Positions 8,000 through 15,652 of a stretch of DNA of 60,131 bases are shown here, in pieces. Numbering within the stretch: position 1 is the stretch's first letter; every line of letters starts with the position of its first letter. The DNA is from Candidatus Altiarchaeales archaeon (GTDB lineage: Archaea > Altiarchaeota > Altiarchaeia > IMC4 > QMZM01). The translations under genes were made by a program, and so were the position numbers. The notes below the pieces were generated by a model. The model worked only from the letters and a program-made list of their open reading frames with translations. It was not told the DNA's origin and searched no databases. The stretch spans positions 1 through 60,131 of the forward strand of contig JAHEXG010000003.1 in the NCBI GenBank assembly GCA_023252215.1. Direction: 5' to 3'.

Positions 8000-8364
8000 G
8001 AGACGATCCTTACAGAATCCGCATTTTTTGGCTTGACCTCCAGCGCCCCCTTATACTCGTCCAACTCCCCGATAACGTCGACGCCGCACCCTTTAACTAC
8101 CCGGGAAGTCGCGTTGGCCATATAATAGCTCACAAAGACATCGATAACGCCGCTGCCATCGTCTACGGAAAATGTTACGCTCCCGCCCTTGAACTTGTAG
8201 ACCTCGGAAACATTGCCCCGGACATGAACCTGCCTGCCGATAGAACCAGAACCAAGCACGCCGATCTTTGAAACCGGCGGCTCCATAACCATGGAAGCAT
8301 ACGTAAAAATCAACAAGCCAAGCACCGAAACACCCAAGGCAACATAGACGATCCTGCCTGACAT
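7996..8364 (-). CDS. Membrane-anchored OB-fold (tRNA_anti-like) protein
   Basis: N-terminal TM segment, then the pattern VHVRGNVSEVYKFKGGSVTFSVDDGSGVIDVF...GELDEYKGALEV. Overlaps the Cas4-like start by 4 nt. Confidence 0.55.
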   Translation of the reverse strand: MSGRIVYVALGVSVLGLLIFTYASMVMEPPVSKIGVLGSGSIGRQVHVRGNVSEVYKFKGGSVTFSVDDGSGVIDVFVSYYMANATSRVVKGCGVDVIGELDEYKGALEVKPKNADSVRIVS

Positions 8365-8384
8365 CGTAAATGCCCGCCGGGTGC

Positions 8385-8543
8385 TTAAACCGATGCTTTT
8401 GCCGCTTTCTTCTTGTGCTTCCTGCGGATCTTATAGGTCTTCCCGCATCTCCTGCACTTCGTCGCACCGACAGGGTTCTTGGCGTTGCAGTTCATGCAGA
8501 TGCCTTTAAAGATCCTTGCCTCAGCCTCTAAAAACTTAGCCAT
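8385..8543 (-). CDS. rpl40e: Ribosomal protein L40e
   Basis: Manual translation [52 protein letters not shown]. Shorter than 60 aa, so absent from the track. Confidence 0.85.
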   Translation of the reverse strand: MAKFLEAEARIFKGICMNCNAKNPVGATKCRRCGKTYKIRRKHKKKAAKASV

Positions 8544-8589
8544 CGTTTCTGTGAAAATAAGATAGTGATTTGTGATTTAGAGCATTTAA

Positions 8590-8658
8590 ATCAACCTTCT
8601 GAAAGGTTGATCATCACTACGAGTATGTGGTACCTGAAGGTACCACAGAACGCATCAG
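8590..8658 (+). repeat. HP-2 double-hairpin module, copy B
   Basis: ATCAACC-TTCTGAAA-GGTTGAT..ACGAGTAT-GTGGTACC-TGAA-GGTACCAC-AGAACGCATCAG. Homologous to 24187-24253, with compensated stems. Confidence 0.7.
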
Positions 8659-8834
8659 TCGTCGGCCGACCCATCGAGCGAAGCGAGCATGGGTCCCAAT
8701 TTTTGTCCCTATGGGACATGTGCGTCGCACATTTTTCCAAGGCTTTTGCGCTTAGCGCATGCCTGCGGGCATCTTTTATTTTTAAGAAATGTCGGAAGGC
8801 CCGGCATGCCAGCAAGCTTGCTGGCAAAAAGGTT

Positions 8835-8981
8835 TAGCGGGGAGTAGATTTGAACTACTGACCTTCGGGTAACTCAGAAGTGTTTGTCTCATGAGTATTG
8901 CCTCTTATGAGCTTCGCCCGCGCCGAGCGATTTTACTCCTCATGCGCGTCCGACGAGCACTCCTGGCTGCTCAACCCCGCT
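8835..8981 (-). tRNA. Initiator-like tRNA-Met (CAU) with an interrupted anticodon arm (two putative non-canonical introns)
   Basis: A1:U72 acceptor AGCGGGG/CCCCGCT, D-arm GAGC-AGCCAGGAGT-GCTC, T-arm AGTAG-TTCAAAT-CTACT. Joining ..GTCGG + GCTCATAA + CCCGAAGGTC.. gives the anticodon arm TCGGG-CTCATAA-CCCGA with three G-C pairs. Confidence 0.55.
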
Positions 8982-9697
8982 GTATGTAAATCAATATTCC
9001 GTAGCACTTCTTGTCGGTGTTGAATATTGGTATTTGTCATATAATAACCAAGGTTTTTCCATATTTTGTACTTTGTTTCGTGTCTTGGGTTGTGGAATTT
9101 TATTTCATTTACCCATTTTTCAAGGATTTTTTTGCCGTTCATTTGTATCCTTATGCAGCCGTTTTGCTGGGCTGAAGTGATCGGCCGATATTCGAGGTTT
9201 GACAGGATTTCAAGTGTTTGTTTTCTCATCGGTGATGGGAGCATTTTTAGTTCTAGGCGGGGGTAAGCATGTTCTTTTTTGTTTTGCCTGTCAAAAATAA
9301 CGCATCCGTCGGTGTCAAACAGTCCTCTAAGGAAGTGTTTCTCCAAGCCTTCCTGGAAAATGAATGAGGGTATGATCGCCCGATCCCTCTTTGGCGAAGC
9401 AGCCATCCCCAGGTCCATTAAATATTCGTAAAACGGTTTTCCGAAATACATTAGTTCAAGGGTTCTTTCGCCGCGCTTAAATCGCAGGAGTGGTTCTTTG
9501 TCGAATAACCGGGTCATTAGCGGTCGTAAACAATTGGTGAAATATTCAAGGTTCTCTGACGCATCGCCGCTTATTTTCACCCGGTACTGTGTCTTGATCT
9601 TGTCCCCTGCTTTGCAATGATAACAACCAATTGATCCGTCGCCTAGTAAGGCACCTACGAATTCAGCGAGTTGAGCGTCTTGCTGGGGTTTTCTCAT
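8933..9697 (-). CDS. LAGLIDADG homing endonuclease (double-motif); the last 16 codons and the stop lie inside the tRNA gene
   Basis: Motifs FVGALLGDGSIG and FLRGLFDTDGCV. The ORF ends ...TAGLSSQECSSDAHEE*, encoded by tRNA positions 1-49. Confidence 0.75.
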   Translation of the reverse strand: MRKPQQDAQLAEFVGALLGDGSIGCYHCKAGDKIKTQYRVKISGDASENLEYFTNCLRPLMTRLFDKEPLLRFKRGERTLELMYFGKPFYEYLMDLGMAASPKRDRAIIPSFIFQEGLEKHFLRGLFDTDGCVIFDRQNKKEHAYPRLELKMLPSPMRKQTLEILSNLEYRPITSAQQNGCIRIQMNGKKILEKWVNEIKFHNPRHETKYKIWKNLGYYMTNTNIQHRQEVLRNIDLHTAGLSSQECSSDAHEE

Positions 9698-9801
9698 AAT
9701 CCTATTAAGTATTAGAATCCTAAATATGGGTTATTTTTGCACTCTAATTTTTGGATATTTTTAGTTCCCTGGGTCGATTATCTATATTGAGCGGGGTTTT
9801 T

Positions 9802-10275
9802 ATGACACGGGTGAAAAAGTCCTGGAAAGAAAAACTTTCCGATGACAAGGGCCTTCCAAGGATTGAGCAAATAACCGACAAGTTGAGCCCACGCTGGGGC
9901 ACGGGCACAGTAGTCATTCCCGCCCCTAAAGAGGTCGACGAATTCATGAAGAAAGTTCCCCGAGGCAATGTCACAACCATAAACGAGATACGCGAGGCGT
10001 TGGCAAAAAGGCATCATGCGACCATTGGCTGCCCCATTACGACCGGGATATTTGCATGGATCGCCGCCAACGCCGCCGCAGAAGATGCTGCTTCCGGCGC
10101 GGCTATCATTACTCCTTATTGGCGTACTTTGAAATCCGGCGGCGTTGTCAATGAGAAATACCCCGGAGGCGGCGAGGCGCAGAAGAAGATATTGGAGAGC
10201 GAGGGCCTGAAGGTCGTCAAGAAGGGCGGTAAATATACAGTAGAAGATTATGCGAAATATTTGGTTCGTTTCTAA
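9802..10275 (+). CDS. MGMT-fold / alkyltransferase-like DNA-binding protein lacking the acceptor Cys
   Basis: TINEIREALAKRH...IGCPITTGIFAWIA...ITPYWRTLKSGG resembles the MGMT C-terminal domain, with PCHRV replaced by PYWRT. Confidence 0.4.
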   Translation: MTRVKKSWKEKLSDDKGLPRIEQITDKLSPRWGTGTVVIPAPKEVDEFMKKVPRGNVTTINEIREALAKRHHATIGCPITTGIFAWIAANAAAEDAASGAAIITPYWRTLKSGGVVNEKYPGGGEAQKKILESEGLKVVKKGGKYTVEDYAKYLVRF

Positions 10276-10277
10276 AA

Positions 10278-10877
10278 ATGAAATATTGTCTTATACTTGG
10301 GATGATGGCTCTTGCATTGTTCCTACTGGGCGGATGCTTGTCTGCGACCACGCAGAATAATCAGACAGGTATTAAGAATGCTTCTGCGACGTCTATGCAT
10401 TCTACCGGAGGCCCGGCAGGTTTTGTTACTTATGAGAATCCCGCATATAAGATAAAGATACAATACCCCTCCTATTTGATGAGACAGGAAGAAACCACAG
10501 GGGACGTAATATTCTTCCTATCGCCCCAGGACAGCGCGACAGAACCCTTCCCCGCGACCGTCGATATCCTGGTACAGAACATGTCCGATCAGCCTATTAC
10601 CCTGGACGAGTTCACGAACCAGTCCATTGAAGCCATCAAGGAGTTTGTTCCCGATTATAATTTCTCTGATTCCCGGAAGGCAACCCTGGCAAAAGAAGAC
10701 GCATACCTGCTCGCTTATACCGGAATGCAGGGCCTGATAAGATCGAAGTGGATGTCGGTTTATACGATAAAGAACAATACCCTGTATCTGATAACATACG
10801 CCGCAGGGGCTGATAAATTCCCGGTATATCTGCCGACTGTGAGCAAAATGCTTGATTCGTTTGAGATAACTGATTAG
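10278..10877 (+). CDS. Secreted lipoprotein-like hypothetical protein (PsbP/DcrB-like fold suspected)
   Basis: Signal peptide ending LLGGC (lipobox-like). No recognisable catalytic motif. Confidence 0.45.
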   Translation: MKYCLILGMMALALFLLGGCLSATTQNNQTGIKNASATSMHSTGGPAGFVTYENPAYKIKIQYPSYLMRQEETTGDVIFFLSPQDSATEPFPATVDILVQNMSDQPITLDEFTNQSIEAIKEFVPDYNFSDSRKATLAKEDAYLLAYTGMQGLIRSKWMSVYTIKNNTLYLITYAAGADKFPVYLPTVSKMLDSFEITD

Positions 10878-11147
10878 GCGATGATAACGTCCAGGATTTT
10901 ACGAATGTGGCCTTCGGCCATTTGGACTGAGCGGCCGAAGAGAGCGGGCCTTAAAAAGCCGGTTATGCAGCCCGCAAGGGTCGAGGAGCCGAACGAGGCG
11001 ACGAGAAGTTCAAAAACGCGGCCGTCGTTCGTTCGTGTTGTTGCCTCAGTTCCGTCATTAATTAAGGGGGTGGAGGCGTCCGCAACCGGTTTATTTTTCT
11101 GTTGCTCTGTTAAGGAATATAAAGCGCTAAGACGCTATACTACCATA

Positions 11148-12488
11148 ATGGCTGATATTTCCGAGTCCGAGACCTTGGAGCTAAAGAAGTCTACGTCTGA
11201 ACTCCGGGAGGGTGTAATCTCCGTAGCGTCTATGCTAAACAAGCATGGGAAAGGCATCCTATACTTTGGCATAAGGAATGACGGTAAAGCTCTTGGTCAG
11301 GAAATCGGGGAGAGAACTTTAAGGGACGTATCACAGGCAATTTCAGAAAATATTGAGCCGAAGGTCTATCCAAAGATCAGCAAGGAAGATATAGGCGGTA
11401 AGATCTGCATCAAGGTCGAATTCTCCGGAAACAACAAGCCGTATTATGCTTATGGCAGAGCTTACGTGCGTGTAGCCGATGAGGATCGTCAGTTGTCTGC
11501 TAAGGAGATCGAAGAAACAATCCTTCGCAAGAACAAAGATAAGCTACGCTGGGACACTGAAGTATGTGAGAAGGCGACGGTGTCTGACATAAGTCCAAAG
11601 AAGCTTAAATCATATGTCCGGAAAGCACATCTGAGATATGATTCGATTGAAAATGCCTTACAAAAGCTTGGCCTGCGATCCGATGGAAAGATTTTAAACG
11701 CCGCAGTACTGTTATTTGGTCGAAAGCCCGAGACGTTTTTTCCAAATGCCCGCCTAAGGTGTGCAATATTTGCGACGACCGATACTCATCTTCCTCTTGA
11801 CATGCAGGACTATAAAGGAGACCTGTTCACTTTAATAGAAACTGCTCAGCAATACATCCTCCAAAACATACACGTGGGCATGAGGCTTGAAGGCCTGTAC
11901 CGCGTGGATGTGCCGGAAATATCCCAAGAAGCGTTCAGAGAAGCCATAATAAACGCCTTCTGCCACCGAGACTACAGGGAATACGACTCGGTAAACATAG
12001 CGATATTCCGCGACCGCCTGGAAATAAGAAGTCCAGGACTGCTGTATGGCGGACTTACTATAGAGAAGATCAGGCGAGACATGGTATCAGAGAGACGGAA
12101 TGAACTGATCGCCGACCTATTGCATAGGATACATTTCATAGAAAAATGGGGCCGTGGAATAAGCCTTATATTATCAAACGAGCCGACAGCGAACTTCAAG
12201 GAATCGGGAACGCATTTTATAACGACCTTTAAGAGAAAGAGCGTTGAAGCGCAGATGGGCGAGCAAACCGGAGGGTTGGTAGATAGGTTGGTAGATGGGT
12301 TGGTAGAAAACCAAAAGAAGATACTGCGCTTAGTGAAGGTAGACCCATCCATATCAAAAAGAGAACTGGCGCAGAAAACGGGTATCAGCACCACAGCAGT
12401 TGATAAAAACATATCTACTCTCAAGAAGAAAGGCCTGCTGAAACGGGTAGGTCCGGCTAAAGGGGGGCGATGGGAATTGAGTGGATAA
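11148..12488 (+). CDS. Schlafen/AlbA_2 domain + HATPase_c_4-like + C-terminal wHTH protein (COG2865 type)
   Basis: ESETLELKKS...MLNKHGKGILYFGIRNDG at the N-terminus and NAFCHRDY...IEKWGRGI in the middle. HTH at the C-terminus (ISKRELAQKTGISTTAVDKNISTLKKKGLL). Start chosen at ATG 11148. The upstream 270 nt of the track ORF look non-coding. Confidence 0.7.
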   Translation: MADISESETLELKKSTSELREGVISVASMLNKHGKGILYFGIRNDGKALGQEIGERTLRDVSQAISENIEPKVYPKISKEDIGGKICIKVEFSGNNKPYYAYGRAYVRVADEDRQLSAKEIEETILRKNKDKLRWDTEVCEKATVSDISPKKLKSYVRKAHLRYDSIENALQKLGLRSDGKILNAAVLLFGRKPETFFPNARLRCAIFATTDTHLPLDMQDYKGDLFTLIETAQQYILQNIHVGMRLEGLYRVDVPEISQEAFREAIINAFCHRDYREYDSVNIAIFRDRLEIRSPGLLYGGLTIEKIRRDMVSERRNELIADLLHRIHFIEKWGRGISLILSNEPTANFKESGTHFITTFKRKSVEAQMGEQTGGLVDRLVDGLVENQKKILRLVKVDPSISKRELAQKTGISTTAVDKNISTLKKKGLLKRVGPAKGGRWELSG

Positions 12489-12546
12489 GGGGTAATTAAT
12501 CTGTGCCATATATCTTGGTATGGCCTATTGAATTTATGACCACCGG

Positions 12547-13857
12547 TTACCCTGACTTGGACTTTAGCATTTCCTCAAGAACACATGTCGTGGCTATTTC
12601 TACTGGCATGCCTAAGGCGCAAGCGGTATATGCAAATAATGTTAAGATTGTTAACGGCTTCTCTTCAATTTCTTTAATCTGTTTTTCAATTGACTGTAAA
12701 GGATAATATTGTTCGTTTTTCATACATATCGGTAGGCCGAATTTCTCAACAAAGTCGAGATAGTTTTTACTTTGGAAATATAGACTTGTTTTCCAACAGT
12801 TGATTAGCCTAAATTTTATTTCTATCATATCCTTATAACTAGCCTCAGACAGGAAATCCGAATATTTTTTGAAAATAGCTAAAATTGCACCGAAAATTAA
12901 TCGTCCACTCAAGAATTTAATATCAAAGGTAGATGTATCCCCCTCTCGAGAGTTGTATTTTTTATTTAATGCTTCCAACAAATCCTTATCATACTCCTCA
13001 GAGTTGCCAAAAATTGTAGTTAAGGGTAATAAAATTTTTAAGTTGCCGTAAATATCAATCTCCATAGACAAGCCATTTAAGTTAAAATCACCTTTGCTGA
13101 GCGTTCTTAATACAATACTGTTATGATATGTATTGATGGTATCAAAAAATATCGTACCCCCAAATGATATTTCTTTATCCTCAGTAGAGTCCTTTATTTT
13201 ATATGGTTCATTAAATTTTTTAAGAATATCCAGCATTTTCTCAGGAAAAAGTAGATCCTCGATAAAATGATGCTTAAATGGTTTTGGCGTAGCGTATATT
13301 TCAAGATACGATAGGCTATCCTCCCCTTTACAAAACGTTAATTCACACTTTCTAAATTTTTCTAAATCTTCATCATATTTCTGAGCTTTTTTGTAGAGTT
13401 CATCGATAATATGCCTATTCGTTTCTGGAATGGGATCGGACGCTGACCCTTGTCTCCTGTAAATTATTCCATCAGAGTTAATATACGGTGGGTTTTTCCC
13501 TTCAGGTATTACTACCATCAAGACATTCATTCCGTTACGAAGAGGTAATGTAAAAGTTTCAAACAACGGAAAAGGTTGCAAATTACCCCTTACGGAGTCT
13601 CTAATTATGTCTGGCGAATCTTTGATACCAATTATATTGGTCGCAAAATTAGTCTTTGTATCTGAATCGATCCCTATAAAATATATGCCCCCATGAGAAT
13701 TAGCAAAAGAAGCTATCGATTTTGATATTTTTCGCCCATTCAATTTTTCCTTTTTGTACTCGATATACCAACCCTCAGCAATGGATTTAAGTAATTCCAA
13801 ATCGCTTTCTTTAACCTCTTCAAAATCTTTTCCGAAGGGATTGAACAAGTTTCTCAC
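12547..13857 (-). CDS. AlbA_2 (Schlafen-like) N-terminal domain protein with a C-terminal region of about 300 aa and unknown function; low-GC gene
   Basis: ESDLELLKSIAEGWYIEYKKEK...SIASFANSHGGIYFIGID. Gene and flanks (about 12500-14160) are visibly AT-rich. Confidence 0.6.
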   Translation of the reverse strand: MRNLFNPFGKDFEEVKESDLELLKSIAEGWYIEYKKEKLNGRKISKSIASFANSHGGIYFIGIDSDTKTNFATNIIGIKDSPDIIRDSVRGNLQPFPLFETFTLPLRNGMNVLMVVIPEGKNPPYINSDGIIYRRQGSASDPIPETNRHIIDELYKKAQKYDEDLEKFRKCELTFCKGEDSLSYLEIYATPKPFKHHFIEDLLFPEKMLDILKKFNEPYKIKDSTEDKEISFGGTIFFDTINTYHNSIVLRTLSKGDFNLNGLSMEIDIYGNLKILLPLTTIFGNSEEYDKDLLEALNKKYNSREGDTSTFDIKFLSGRLIFGAILAIFKKYSDFLSEASYKDMIEIKFRLINCWKTSLYFQSKNYLDFVEKFGLPICMKNEQYYPLQSIEKQIKEIEEKPLTILTLFAYTACALGMPVEIATTCVLEEMLKSKSG

Positions 13858-14163
13858 CTCTTTGCTGGCAGCTATTAAAATTAATGATACTGCAATAAAA
13901 TATTAGCATCCGTTAGGTTTTTTGTCAAGTAAACAAGAATTTATCTATGGCCCTTTGTCGATGCCACCACCCTCGTTTAAGTATAATTCGTTCATCCGTG
14001 AACTGAGGCCACAACCATAACTCAAGGAGGCTGAGTTTTTGAATTGCGTATAACTCGTTTTTATGCGGACTTTCTTCGCATAAAACCTGTTTTTGGGTAT
14101 GTTATGCGGACTTTTTTATGTGTATATTAAGAATTAATAAATCCCGGTTATCTCCTTGGATAT

Positions 14164-15567
14164 TTATTGTTTGATCGATCCCTCATACAGGTTCTTCATC
14201 TTGTGTAGGAAGAAGGGGCATATCGCTGTTATTTCTGCTATTTGTTCTACTGTCATTCCGTTTGCGTATGCGTCGTATATGTAGTATAATCTTTTGTCTG
14301 TGGGGTGTGCGAGGTTGTCTTTTATGATTTCTATGTCTGTTTCTCCCATTCCGCTGAATCCTTGTTTTCCTATGTCCAGTGATCGTATGGCTTTTTGTAG
14401 TGCTTCTTCGAATGTTCTTCCGATGGCCATTACTTCGCCTGTGGATTTCATCTGGGTTCCTATGTGTTTGTCTGCGTCTTTGAATTTGTCGAAGGGCCAG
14501 CGGGGTATTTTTACTACTATGTAGTCGATTGTTGGTTCGAATGATGCGGGTGTCTTCTTGGTTATGGAGTTGGGTATTTCGTCGAGTGTTTTTCCGATGG
14601 CTATCTTTGCCGATACCCGGGCTATTGGGTATCCTGTGGCTTTGGATGCGAGGGCTGATGATCTTGATACCCTTGGGTTTACTTCTATGACGACGTATTC
14701 GCGTGTCACGGGGTGCATTGCGAATTGTATGTTGCATCCTCCTTCTATGCCGAGTGCGCGTATTATTTTTACTGACGCGTTTTTGAGTACTGAGTTGTCT
14801 ATGTCGCTTAGTGTCTGGGCCGGTGCGACGACTATGCTTTCGCCTGTGTGTATGCCTATGGGGTCTACGTTTTCCATGCTGCATATTATGATGCAGTTGT
14901 TTAGGCGGTCGCGTATTACTTCGTATTCTAGTTCGTACCATCCTGCGACCGATTTTTCGATTAGGACTTGGTGTATCATGGAGAGCTGCATGCCGTGGCT
15001 TGCTATTCTTTCCAGTTCTTCGTCGTTGTTGGCTATTCCTCCTCCTCCTCCTCCGAGCGTGTATGCGGGCCTTATTATTACCGGGTAGCCTATTTTTCGG
15101 CCTGCGTCGAGCGCTTCTGTTATCGAGGTTGCGGCCTTGCTTGGGGGTATGGGCTCGTTTATCTCCTTCATTAGGCCTGCGAATGCGTCTCTGTCTTCGC
15201 CTTTTTGTATGGTCTCTATCGGGGTTCCGAGGACTTTGACGTCGTATTCTTTGAATACTCCCATGACTGCGAGGGATGATGCGAGGTTTAGCCCGGTCTG
15301 TCCGCCCATTGTGGGGAGTATGGCGTCTGGTCGTTCCCTGGCTATTATCTTCTTGATTATCTCCGGGGTCAGTGGCTCCATGTATGCGATGTCTGCCACG
15401 TCCGGGTCTGTCATTATGGTTGCCGGGTTGGAGTTTACAAGTACTGTCTTTACGCCTTCCTCTCTGAGCGAGAGGCAGGCCTGGCTTCCGCTGTAGTCGA
15501 ATTCTGCTGCCTGGCCTATCTGTATGGGGCCTGAGCCGATGATCAGTACCTTTTCTATCCTCTGCAT
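14164..15567 (-). CDS. carB: Carbamoyl-phosphate synthase large subunit, N-terminal half only (first ATP-grasp + part of the oligomerisation domain)
   Basis: [24 protein letters not shown]...[16 protein letters not shown]...[24 protein letters not shown]. Ends after 467 aa. Confidence 0.85.
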   Translation of the reverse strand: MQRIEKVLIIGSGPIQIGQAAEFDYSGSQACLSLREEGVKTVLVNSNPATIMTDPDVADIAYMEPLTPEIIKKIIARERPDAILPTMGGQTGLNLASSLAVMGVFKEYDVKVLGTPIETIQKGEDRDAFAGLMKEINEPIPPSKAATSITEALDAGRKIGYPVIIRPAYTLGGGGGGIANNDEELERIASHGMQLSMIHQVLIEKSVAGWYELEYEVIRDRLNNCIIICSMENVDPIGIHTGESIVVAPAQTLSDIDNSVLKNASVKIIRALGIEGGCNIQFAMHPVTREYVVIEVNPRVSRSSALASKATGYPIARVSAKIAIGKTLDEIPNSITKKTPASFEPTIDYIVVKIPRWPFDKFKDADKHIGTQMKSTGEVMAIGRTFEEALQKAIRSLDIGKQGFSGMGETDIEIIKDNLAHPTDKRLYYIYDAYANGMTVEQIAEITAICPFFLHKMKNLYEGSIKQ

Positions 15568-15652
15568 CGAAAAATATTAGAACTGGAAAGATTTAAATCA
15601 CTGGCTGGTTTTCTGTGTTTTTATGTCCTCTTAACCAATTATTACTTAGGAA

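Noticed and set aside
14183-14941. 252-aa Arg/His-rich ORF on the minus strand. Similar basic low-complexity ORFs lie at 24536-25450, 35654-36193, 37242-37727, 52576-52944 and 53857-54597.
   Set aside because: All lie in alternative frames of well-supported genes (carB, thiolase, rpl15e, cbf5, fen1, DUF89). Their composition (R, K, H, P, Q runs) is typical of out-of-frame translation of purine-rich coding DNA.
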